Made by a program: the position numbers and the translations under genes | The notes under the pieces: generated by a model | The model's input: the letters and a program-made list of their open reading frames with translations, nothing else | The model's database searches: none | Told to the model about the DNA's origin: nothing | Shown: one piece after another, positions 55,768 through 64,000 of the stretch | Position numbering within the stretch: the first letter of the stretch is position 1 | Layout of the letters: each line of letters opens with the position of its first letter | Assembly (NCBI GenBank): GCA_025454795.1 | Contig: JALONT010000012.1 | Span: forward strand, 6,569 to 70,568 | Length of the DNA: 64,000 bases | From: Bacteroidales bacterium | Lineage (GTDB): Bacteria > Bacteroidota > Bacteroidia > Bacteroidales > VadinHA17 | Reading direction: 5' to 3'

Positions 55768-56841
55768 CTAGATCAGCATCATATCCCTGATCTTTAGAAC
55801 AAGATCAGAGGTTGCCTGACAAAATTGCCTTAAGGTCCTTACTGTAGCTCCGAATTCATCGAACTCCTCTGCTTTCATTCCCTTTTCATCATATGCACGC
55901 CGGAAATCAACAAACTTCTTTTCAAGTTCAGAAATTATCTTCGGATCTACAGGTGTATCCATCCTGTTCTCTACTGTTATATCCGATGCATTGTATCTTT
56001 TCTGCCATAGCCAGGGCGGAGAGATTACAACATTTCCTCCAATGAATTCTGACCAGTGCAGATGATTTCTGAAGGCAGCACTTAATAACCTTAACCGGTA
56101 TCCTCTTTCGCAGTATATCCTGTAAGCTTTCTTCATTACAGCCACACCTGCCCAGTCAAGAATTTCAGGGTTTGCAATGATGTTTTCCTTATCTGCCACC
56201 ACTTTCAGCCAGTCATCGAGCCTTCCTACCATGAGAGTACAGACAGGACCCATCGTGCTGATATCTTTTCCTTCTTTCTCGCGATGTTTTAATCCGCGTT
56301 CCACGGCTTCAGCTACTTCAACAGCCTGAGGGAGAGTAAAGCTTACTGTTGCATTAATGCTTATTCCCATGTATGTCGCCTCTTCTATAGCTTCTATTCC
56401 GGCTTTTGTAGCCGGTATTTTAACAATCATGTTCGGGGCAAGCTCACTGAAATGGACGGCTTGGGCAAGGATTCTTTTGGCATCACGGTAGAGTCTGGGA
56501 TCTGTCTGTATCGACAGCCTTCCATTCCTGCCTTTTTCCCTGTCGAATACAGGCTTAAGAAGCGCTGCTGCCTTAATCGACATTTCCTCGATAAGTTTCC
56601 AGGCAATATCATCTTCGGATGCAGCTGGATTCTCCAGGATGATTTGCGGTATCCGGATTTTCCAGATATCCCATTCCTGTTTAAGAACACTATTGACAAT
56701 CACCGGATTGCAGGTTGCTCCCAAAGCTCCATGCTCTATCGAAGATGTTAACTCTGCTAAAGAGCAGGAATCATTCCACAGAACTGTCGGCGTTGTCTGT
56801 GTCATTTCATGAAGGGTGCTTTTATAAGTTTTGTTTTGCAT
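55768..56841 (-). CDS. transaldolase-family protein (class I aldolase fold)
   Basis: Start at MQNKTYK (ATG at 56841, preceded by GGAGGAG). GATCNP motif. Schiff-base lysine context MIVKIPATKAG. Confidence 0.8.
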   Translation of the reverse strand: MQNKTYKSTLHEMTQTTPTVLWNDSCSLAELTSSIEHGALGATCNPVIVNSVLKQEWDIWKIRIPQIILENPAASEDDIAWKLIEEMSIKAAALLKPVFDREKGRNGRLSIQTDPRLYRDAKRILAQAVHFSELAPNMIVKIPATKAGIEAIEEATYMGISINATVSFTLPQAVEVAEAVERGLKHREKEGKDISTMGPVCTLMVGRLDDWLKVVADKENIIANPEILDWAGVAVMKKAYRIYCERGYRLRLLSAAFRNHLHWSEFIGGNVVISPPWLWQKRYNASDITVENRMDTPVDPKIISELEKKFVDFRRAYDEKGMKAEEFDEFGATVRTLRQFCQATSDLVLKIRDMMLI

Positions 56842-56888
56842 TGATTCTCCTCCCAGGATGTTTTTATTTAAGTTATGATTTTTAAAGA

Positions 56889-58697
56889 TTACCAGAAGAA
56901 ATAATAGAGTGATGCCAGAATTCCACAAATTCCAATAACAGCAATATTGAATGTCATTGAGGTATTGAATAATCCTTTACGGATAATAATTGCCCTGGCA
57001 TCCATCTTCTTTAATTTATTATTCAGTATCAAAATGAGACCGACCAGCATAAACATAAAAACCAGTACATAAACAGCATCAAGCGCCAGGTTTCTTAAGG
57101 GATAAACGAAAAAAGTAGCAATAATTCCTACAAACATGGCTATAGCCATAATTTTCATTCCTAATCCAACAAATTTTCCCCCGGATTCTTTATCAAAAAC
57201 ATTTTCAGTTTTATGTTTTTTATCCAGAAGGCTCATACCGACAAATACAAAAGATAAAATAATGAATACGTAACCAATACGAAGGACAAACGGCATTTCA
57301 GGGAAAAGCATTTTCATCCCCAGTCCAAGTGGTATGGTCAGTAACGCTGTCGCAAGCGCTGCATTAGAAGATGCCTGCCGCCAGAAGAGTCCGCAGAAGA
57401 ATATAAGAAATTCGCCAGGATAAATAAATCCTGTGTATTCCTGGACGTATTGAAATGCCTGGTCGAGAGTTTGCAGATGAGGAGCAATAAAGGTTGATAT
57501 CGACAGGAAAATAAAACCTGCTATAGTACCTGTTCTGACCAATTGTTTTTCTGTCGCATTTTTCTTCAGGAAACTTTTATAAATATCCATGGTAAAAACC
57601 GTGGAAGCACTATTGACAAGGGAACTAATGGAAGAGACTGCCGCAGCAGCTATTGCTGCAAATGAAAGCCCTCTGATCCCGATAGGTATTATGTTTCTAA
57701 TTAGCCACGGATAAGCTTCATCTGATTTCCCCAGTTTTGCACCCAGGGCGAATACTGCAATTCCCGGTATAACAACCAGGAGAGGTATCAGCAATTTCAG
57801 ATATCCCGCAAAAGCTACTCCAAGCTGAGCTTCTTTCAGGTTCTTCGCAGCAAGCCCTTTCTGGATTATAAACTGATTGAATCCCCAGAAACTTAAATTA
57901 GTCAGCCACATAGATCCCAGAATTACCCCTAAACCCGGAAGATCTGAAAAGGCATCCTTTAACCCTCCTTTTCCATCCGGAGCAAACAGGGTATTTTTTT
58001 CAATGATCATATGTAATTTCTGGGGTACTTTGTCCAATAATTCAGCAAAACCGGCAATCACCCCATTGCCGTCACTAAGAGCATTAAGTGCGAAAGCTGT
58101 TGTTATCAGCCCGCCCAGAATTAAAACAGTTACATTTATAACATCTGTCCATGCAACAGCTTTTATCCCACCCCAGAGGGAGTATAATGCAGAAAAAGCT
58201 GAAAACCCGATAACTCCGTAAATCATTGGAACTCCGATAATTCGTTCCATTGCCAGGGCTCCCAGATATATGACCGTAGTCATATTTACAAAAGTATAGA
58301 CCAGTATCCAGAAAACTGCAAAACAGGTACTGACTCTTTTATCATATCGTTGTGAAAGATACTGGGGCATTGTAAAGAACCCCTTTTCAATAAAGACAGG
58401 AAGAAAGAACTTGGCCACAATTATAAGTGAAGCAGCTGCAATCCATTCATAAGCGGCTATGGCTAATCCGATTGCATAACCGGAACCTGACATTGCAATA
58501 AAATGTTCTGCCGATATATTAGCAGCAAGCAGTGTTGATCCTATCGCCCACCAGGGTAATGAACGGCTTGCTAAAAAATAGTCCTGGGATGTTCTCTGGA
58601 CCCCCTTCTTTCTGCGTGATACCCATAATCCAATAATGACAATTATGGAAGCATATCCAAAGAAAACTATCCAGTCGATAGTGGTAAACTGATTCAT
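56889..58697 (-). CDS. sodium:solute symporter (SSS/SGLT family), probable inositol transporter
   Basis: 602 aa with about 14 TM helices, SSS-family layout, and first position in the iol block. Confidence 0.8.
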   Translation of the reverse strand: MNQFTTIDWIVFFGYASIIVIIGLWVSRRKKGVQRTSQDYFLASRSLPWWAIGSTLLAANISAEHFIAMSGSGYAIGLAIAAYEWIAAASLIIVAKFFLPVFIEKGFFTMPQYLSQRYDKRVSTCFAVFWILVYTFVNMTTVIYLGALAMERIIGVPMIYGVIGFSAFSALYSLWGGIKAVAWTDVINVTVLILGGLITTAFALNALSDGNGVIAGFAELLDKVPQKLHMIIEKNTLFAPDGKGGLKDAFSDLPGLGVILGSMWLTNLSFWGFNQFIIQKGLAAKNLKEAQLGVAFAGYLKLLIPLLVVIPGIAVFALGAKLGKSDEAYPWLIRNIIPIGIRGLSFAAIAAAAVSSISSLVNSASTVFTMDIYKSFLKKNATEKQLVRTGTIAGFIFLSISTFIAPHLQTLDQAFQYVQEYTGFIYPGEFLIFFCGLFWRQASSNAALATALLTIPLGLGMKMLFPEMPFVLRIGYVFIILSFVFVGMSLLDKKHKTENVFDKESGGKFVGLGMKIMAIAMFVGIIATFFVYPLRNLALDAVYVLVFMFMLVGLILILNNKLKKMDARAIIIRKGLFNTSMTFNIAVIGICGILASLYYFFW

Positions 58698-58857
58698 GAA
58701 TACTGTTAAAATTTTAGTGAATGATTACAAGGTAAAATTAATTTGAAAAGGGATCACGTTTATACTTTAAATTTATCAATTAGTAATGCTATATTAGCAA
58801 TTCTTGATCAGGTTACCAGAAGTTATGCAAATACTGATATAAATATGCTATTATTTT

Positions 58858-59748
58858 ATGAAACCATTTTATCAGAAGCTTGTAACATTACCAGCTCAAT
58901 CAGTGATCTTTTATAATGAGGAAAAACCCCATTTTACCGTGCCATGGCATTTCCATCCTGAAATCGAAATACTATGTGTTATTAAAGGTTCTGGGATTTG
59001 TTATTCGGGAGATGGAATTCATCCTTTTTCAGAAGGCGAAATAAGTTTATTAGGTGAAAACATACCTCATTGGTGGAAAAGTGACAGTAAATACCTGGAT
59101 CCTGAAAACGAACAAGGAATTAAAGCCCTTATAATACAATTCAAGAAAGAGATTTTTGATGCAAATTTTATTAACCTGCATGAGATGCGCGCAATTAAAG
59201 AACTAATCGGAAAATCTCAGAGAGGCATTCAGTTTATGGGGAAAAACAGAAAAATTCTTGGTGATCAGATAATGAAAATATTCAGGTTAAAGGGTGTAAA
59301 AAGAATTACGGAGCTGATAATTCTCCTGGACATGATGGCAAAAGTCAGAGAATATAAATACCATTCGAGTGTTGGTTATTCAAGGATAATCAGTTCATAT
59401 GATTTCTTCCGTTTTAATTCGGTTCATGAATATGTAATACGGAATTTTACCAAACCAATAACACTTCAGGAAATTTCAGAAAAAGCAAATATTTGTCCAA
59501 CTGCCTTTTGCAGATATTTTAAAAAACATACCGGGAGGACCTTTGTTTCTTTTCTCAATGAGATCAGAATAGGGTATGCATGTAAACTTTTAATTGAAGA
59601 AGCGCGTCCTGTAAACCTGGCCTGTATTGAGAGCGGCTTTAATAATCTGGCTCATTTCAACAAAATATTCAAACGGACATTCAATTTAAGTCCGACCGAA
59701 TACATTAAAGCACATGGCCTTTATGGAGTTCCGCTCAAAGAATATTAA
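58858..59748 (+). CDS. AraC-family transcriptional regulator with N-terminal cupin domain
   Basis: C-terminal double HTH (ISEKANICPTAFCRYFKKHTG...NNLAHFNKIFKRTFNLSPTEY). Divergent from the iol block. Confidence 0.85.
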   Translation: MKPFYQKLVTLPAQSVIFYNEEKPHFTVPWHFHPEIEILCVIKGSGICYSGDGIHPFSEGEISLLGENIPHWWKSDSKYLDPENEQGIKALIIQFKKEIFDANFINLHEMRAIKELIGKSQRGIQFMGKNRKILGDQIMKIFRLKGVKRITELIILLDMMAKVREYKYHSSVGYSRIISSYDFFRFNSVHEYVIRNFTKPITLQEISEKANICPTAFCRYFKKHTGRTFVSFLNEIRIGYACKLLIEEARPVNLACIESGFNNLAHFNKIFKRTFNLSPTEYIKAHGLYGVPLKEY

Positions 59749-59795
59749 AAACACTGCCAAGCTGACATCTCATCCTGGAGGAGAGAAAAAATTTC

Positions 59796-59809
59796 TGCAT
59801 TTAAATGCA
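59796..59809. promoter_or_regulatory. perfect 14-bp palindrome TGCATTTAAATGCA upstream of the glucarate-cluster transporter (candidate operator)
   Basis: Perfect dyad symmetry about 90 nt upstream of the ATG at 59900. No binding protein can be assigned from sequence. Confidence 0.3.
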
Positions 59810-59899
59810 ATTACCTTAACAGAATGAATCTGAGATTCAATTATTTTGTAAATAGCATAGCGATTGGAAGATAGATTAACACTCCACATAAAATTAAAA

Positions 59900-61237
59900 A
59901 TGAACACTACAAGCCAGTCAATAGAGGAACCAAAGAAAAGTAATTTCCGTTGGGTCATAGTAAGTTTACTTTTCTTTGTGACGGCAATAAATTATGCAGA
60001 CCGTACAGTACTTTCAATTGCAGGGCCGGCATTATCCAAGAGCCTGCATCTGAATTCGGTGTCAATGGGATATATTTTTTCGGCATTTGGCTGGTCATAT
60101 GTTCTTGCCCAGCTTCCAGGAGGATGGCTCCTGGACCGTTTTGGGTCAAGGAAAATATATGCTATCAGTCTTTTTGTATGGTCTTTCTTTACATTTATTA
60201 CAGGATTTACAGGTTTCTTTGCTGGTTTTTCGGCCGTTGTTGTGCTATTTATCTTAAGGTTCCTTCTGGGTGTTGCAGAAGCTCCGGCTTTTCCGGCAAA
60301 CAGCAGAATTTCCGTGGCCTGGTTCCCTACAAAAGAAACCGGTACTGCAGCAGCTTTATTCAATTCATCACAATATTTTGCAACAGTGCTCTTTGCTCCT
60401 TTATTAGGATTTATAGTTCATACTTATGGGTGGAAGTATTCTTTTATGTTTATGGGGATAGTAGGATTTGTTTTTCTGATCTTCTGGCTGAAGTATGTGC
60501 ATGCTCCAAAGAAATCCCCGTACATTAATCAAGCCGAGCTGGACTATATTACAAAAGGTGGGGCTCTTGTAGAGATGGACCTTGCAGTGAAAAGCAATAG
60601 AAACGATGCCCCCAGATGGAAATTCCTGAAGCAACTTTTAAAGAACCGTATGTTTATAGGCGTTTATATTGCCCAATATTGTATAAATGCAATTACCCAT
60701 TTTTTCATTACCTGGTTTCCGGTTTATCTGGTTCAGGACCGGGGAATGACCATTCTTAAAGCCGGGTTTGTTGCTGTATTACCAGCAATTGTTGGTTTTG
60801 TCGGAGGGAACCTTGGCGGTATATTCTCAGATTCTCTGTTGAAAAAAGGCTATTCTCTTTCTGTTGCCAGAAAAGTGCCGATTGTTATCGGGATGCTGTT
60901 ATGCATGAGTATGACTTTATGCAATTATACGAATGTTGAATGGATGGTGGTTGCTCTTATGGCATTGTCGTACTTTGGTAAAGGTATCGGAGCCCTTGGC
61001 TGGGCAGTCAATGCCGATACGGCACCAAGAGAAATCACAGGTCTGAGCGGATCTCTTTTTAACACCTTTAGCAATCTTTCAAGCATCGTCACACCAATCG
61101 TAATCGGTTATATAATAGGAGCTACAGGTTCCTTTAACTGGGCATTGATTTTTGTCAGTTTTCATGCATTCCTGGCTATTGTCAGCTATGTTTTTATTGT
61201 AGGAGAAATCCAGCGTTTCGAACTTAAGAAAATATAA
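59900..61237 (+). CDS. MFS transporter, anion:cation symporter (ACS) type (GudP/GarP-like)
   Basis: 12 TM helices and an ADRTVLS... motif region, in a glucarate context. The first plausible ATG gives MNTTSQS. Confidence 0.8.
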   Translation: MNTTSQSIEEPKKSNFRWVIVSLLFFVTAINYADRTVLSIAGPALSKSLHLNSVSMGYIFSAFGWSYVLAQLPGGWLLDRFGSRKIYAISLFVWSFFTFITGFTGFFAGFSAVVVLFILRFLLGVAEAPAFPANSRISVAWFPTKETGTAAALFNSSQYFATVLFAPLLGFIVHTYGWKYSFMFMGIVGFVFLIFWLKYVHAPKKSPYINQAELDYITKGGALVEMDLAVKSNRNDAPRWKFLKQLLKNRMFIGVYIAQYCINAITHFFITWFPVYLVQDRGMTILKAGFVAVLPAIVGFVGGNLGGIFSDSLLKKGYSLSVARKVPIVIGMLLCMSMTLCNYTNVEWMVVALMALSYFGKGIGALGWAVNADTAPREITGLSGSLFNTFSNLSSIVTPIVIGYIIGATGSFNWALIFVSFHAFLAIVSYVFIVGEIQRFELKKI

Positions 61238-61276
61238 TCTCATACAAAACTAAAACTCAAATAAGGAGGACATATT

Positions 61277-62164
61277 ATGTATAAAATCGGATTTATTGGT
61301 TTGGGGATAATGGGAAAACCCATGAGTAAAAATCTTATTAAAGCGGGATACAAACTGGTTGTACTTGATTTAAACCAGGGCGCCATGAACGAACTTGTAT
61401 CAATGGGTGCAGAGAAAGCAGCAACTCCCAAAATAATTGCAAATAATTGTGAATTCATAATTACTATGTTGCCTAATTCTCCGCAAGTTAAGGAAGTCGT
61501 ACTTGGTAAAAACGGGTTGATAGAAGGATTAAAAACCGGTTCTGTCTTTATTGATATGAGCTCTATATCACCTATCGTAAGCAGGGAATTATCCAGAAAA
61601 GTTGAAGAAAAGGGTGTGGAAATGCTGGATGCTCCCGTAAGTGGCGGCGAACCAAAAGCAATAGACGGAACACTCTCGGTTATGGTGGGTGGTAAAAAAG
61701 ATGTTTTTGACAGAAGCTTTTCCATCCTGAAAGCCATGGCTGCATCCGTAGTGCATACTGGTGGTATTGGTGCAGGAAATGTTACCAAACTCGCCAATCA
61801 GATTATTGTAGCACTGAATATAGCAGCAATGTCTGAGGCGCTGGTTCTGGCTACTAAAGCCGGTGTTGAACCCGAACTTGTTTATCAGGCGATACGGGGA
61901 GGACTTGCCGGAAGCACAGTATTGGATGCAAAAGCGCCATTGGTGATGGATAGAAAGTTTAATCCAGGATTCAGGATAAATCTGCATATCAAAGACCTGA
62001 GTAATGCGTTGGATACATCACACGAAATCGGCGTCCCATTGCCACTTACATCAGCAGTAATGGAAATTATGCAGGCACTTAAGGTGGATGGACTGGGAGA
62101 AAAAGACCATGGAAGCCTGATACAGTACTATGAAAAATTAGCGAAGATTGTAGTAAAGAGATGA
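61277..62164 (+). CDS. garR: 2-hydroxy-3-oxopropionate (tartronate semialdehyde) reductase
   Basis: IGFIGLGIMGKPM, DAPVSGGEPKA and GAGNVTKLANQ; near-collinear with E. coli GarR. Confidence 0.85.
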   Translation: MYKIGFIGLGIMGKPMSKNLIKAGYKLVVLDLNQGAMNELVSMGAEKAATPKIIANNCEFIITMLPNSPQVKEVVLGKNGLIEGLKTGSVFIDMSSISPIVSRELSRKVEEKGVEMLDAPVSGGEPKAIDGTLSVMVGGKKDVFDRSFSILKAMAASVVHTGGIGAGNVTKLANQIIVALNIAAMSEALVLATKAGVEPELVYQAIRGGLAGSTVLDAKAPLVMDRKFNPGFRINLHIKDLSNALDTSHEIGVPLPLTSAVMEIMQALKVDGLGEKDHGSLIQYYEKLAKIVVKR

Positions 62165-62171
62165 TCAGAAA

Positions 62172-62290
62172 TCGGTATGCGGCATGCGGCACGCGGTTCA
62201 CGGCACAAGGCACTCGGCACACGGAAAAAGAAACACGAAACCCAGGCACCAAGCACCGAGCGCCAAGCAACAAGGACCCAACACCAGAAT
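62172..62290. repeat. 7-bp periodic tract (TATGCGG CATGCGG CACGCGG TTCACGG CACAAGG CACTCGG CACACGG, decaying into A/C-rich heptamers)
   Basis: Units parsed by hand from 62176. The first 18 nt (62172-62189) are the exact reverse complement of 30070-30087. Confidence 0.8.
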
Positions 62291-62317
62291 TAATTAGATG
62301 ATAACCCATTATAATGA

Positions 62318-63670
62318 TTGAATATGAATCCTGAAGATTTCAAAGGAGCACCCATCGTAACTGAAATGTCGGTAATTCCGGTTGCGGGTTACGACAGTAT
62401 GTTGCTTAATCTCAGCGGTGCCCACAGCCCCTTTTTTACACGAAACGTTGTTATTCTGAAAGATAGCGCAGGAGACACCGGTGTCAGCGAAGTTCCTGGC
62501 GGAGAGCTTATCCGGCAGGTGCTGGAAGAATCAAAGACTCTTGTAATCAACAAGCCAATAGGTTCTTATAATAATATCCTAAACGAAGTCCGGCAGAGGT
62601 ACAACGACAGGGATTCAGGAGGACGTGGCTTACAGACCTTCGATTTACGCATTACCATTCATGCAATAACAGCATTAGAAGCTTCATTACTGGATCTTCT
62701 CGGCCAGTTTCTTGGTGTTCCTGTTGCTGCATTGCTTGGCACAGGCCAGCAGCGGCAAAAGATGGAAATGCTTGGCTATCTGTTTTATGTTGGCGACCGG
62801 GGGAAAACAGATTTGCCATATTTCAGTGCTTCAAATCAAAAGGATGACTGGTTGAGATTGAGGAGCGAAAGTGCTCTGACCCCGGAAGCAATTGTCCGGC
62901 TGGCAGAAGCAACTCATCAGCGCTATGGCTTTAAAGACTTTAAACTAAAAGGCGGGGTAATGAGCGGCAGCGAAGAAATGAAAGCAATGGTTGCACTTGC
63001 CAACCGCTTCCCGGATGCCAGGATGACTATAGATCCCAATGGCGCATGGTCGCTTGATGAAGCTATACAATTATGTAAGAATAAACATGATGTACTTGCA
63101 TATGTTGAGGACCCCTGTGGTGCAGAAAAGGGCTACTCAGGACGTGAAATAATGGCAGAATTCAGGAGGGCAACAGGATTGCCGACAGCCACAAATATGA
63201 TAGCTACCGATTGGCGTCAGCTGGGACATTCAATTCAGTTGCATGCGGTGGACATTCCCCTGGCCGATCCGCATTTCTGGACAATGCAGGGTGCAGTAAG
63301 AGTTGCACAGATCTGTCACGAATGGGGATTAACATGGGGTTCACATTCCAATAATCATTTTGATATATCGCTTGCAATGATTGTCCATACCGGGGCTGCA
63401 GCTCCCGGCAAAATTACTGCTTTGGACACACACTGGATCTGGCAGGAAGGACGGGAACGCTTAACCAGGGAGCCTCTTAAAATTACTGGAGGAATGATCT
63501 CTGTGCCTGACAAGCCAGGTCTGGGAATTGAAATTGATATGGATCAAATTGAAAAAGCAAATAAACTGTACATGGAAAAAGGACTTGGGGCAAGAGACGA
63601 TGCTGTGGCAATGCGATATCTGATACCGGGATGGAAGTTTGACAATAAACGCCCTTCTCTTGTTCGTTAG
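62318..63670 (+). CDS. gudD: glucarate dehydratase (enolase superfamily)
   Basis: [32 protein letters not shown] closely parallels the E. coli GudD N-terminus. Confidence 0.9.
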   Translation: MNMNPEDFKGAPIVTEMSVIPVAGYDSMLLNLSGAHSPFFTRNVVILKDSAGDTGVSEVPGGELIRQVLEESKTLVINKPIGSYNNILNEVRQRYNDRDSGGRGLQTFDLRITIHAITALEASLLDLLGQFLGVPVAALLGTGQQRQKMEMLGYLFYVGDRGKTDLPYFSASNQKDDWLRLRSESALTPEAIVRLAEATHQRYGFKDFKLKGGVMSGSEEMKAMVALANRFPDARMTIDPNGAWSLDEAIQLCKNKHDVLAYVEDPCGAEKGYSGREIMAEFRRATGLPTATNMIATDWRQLGHSIQLHAVDIPLADPHFWTMQGAVRVAQICHEWGLTWGSHSNNHFDISLAMIVHTGAAAPGKITALDTHWIWQEGRERLTREPLKITGGMISVPDKPGLGIEIDMDQIEKANKLYMEKGLGARDDAVAMRYLIPGWKFDNKRPSLVR

Positions 63671-63714
63671 TGCAGAGCTTAGATAACTTCACTTATATAA
63701 GGGAAAAATAAAAT

Positions 63715-64000
63715 GCAAAAGAAAACAGAATTTAAACCCAAAGGAATAATCCCGGCAGTAATAACTCCACTCACCAATGATGGTAAGTTTAACGAGAAAG
63801 CCATGCGCAAATTGTTGAATTATCTGATTGACGGGGGAGTGCATGGCTTGTTTGTTGTTGGTACAACAGGCGAATTTTACGGGCTGACACCTGAAGAAAA
63901 AATGGAGATATACCAGGTTGCTATGGATGAGACTAAAGGAAAGGTACCTGTTTATGCCGGAACAAATGGTATTACGACCCGGGAAACAGTTATGCTGACC
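63715..64000 (+). CDS. DapA/DHDPS-family class I aldolase/dehydratase (possibly 5-dehydro-4-deoxyglucarate dehydratase or KDG aldolase), 3'-truncated by the window
   Basis: My own translation from the ATG at 63715 gives MQKKTEFKPKGIIPAVITPLTNDG...GLFVVGTTGEF, the DapA-family N-terminal signature. It is not in the ORF track because no stop falls within the window. Confidence 0.7.

Noticed and set aside
62079-62309. 76-aa minus-strand ORF spanning the garR-gudD spacer
   Set aside because: It is a translation of the heptamer tract plus the antisense garR 3' end. The peptide is low-complexity and the ORF has no independent support.

Overview
This is a 64-kb chromosomal window that looks like a Bacteroidota genome, possibly a Bacteroidales/Marinilabiliales-like organism. 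The phylum call rests on several TAnnTTTG -7 promoter boxes, near-leaderless starts, lamin-tail, GxxExxY and DUF2723 genes, and Tat-exported Gfo/Idh/MocA enzymes. GC content is roughly 40% by eye.

Content:
- Most of the window is housekeeping: purD, hflX, asd, pnp, lpxK, sppA, folK, radC, rpsT, an mpl-type ligase, class I fumarase, tRNA-Ala(GGC) and tRNA-Glu(UUC).
- The second half holds three catabolic blocks.
  - An exported redox/sugar module (39.9-44.9 kb) sits next to glpD-glpK-glpF. It encodes a NapC/NirT-type tetrahaem cytochrome fused to a Cys-less FGE-fold domain, a Tat Gfo/Idh/MocA dehydrogenase, a Tat Hyi-type TIM barrel and a lipoprotein lactonase.
  - A myo-inositol cluster (49.5-59.7 kb) carries iolG-E-A-D-B, a transaldolase-family gene, a Na+/solute symporter and a divergent AraC regulator. 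It has no iolC or iolJ.
  - A glucarate cluster (59.9-64.0 kb) carries an MFS transporter, garR, gudD and a DapA-family gene.

No CRISPR array, integrase, transposase, reverse transcriptase or recognisable defence system was found.

The most unusual sequence-level signal is in the intergenic DNA. Several families of short-period (7-8 bp) arrays and inverted-repeat cassettes sit immediately 3' of stop codons. One of them brackets a GxxExxY (PD-(D/E)XK) gene with 44-bp imperfect terminal inverted repeats.

All functional calls come from motifs I recognise in the translated ORFs. No database search or computation was possible, and repeat counts and alignments were done by hand.
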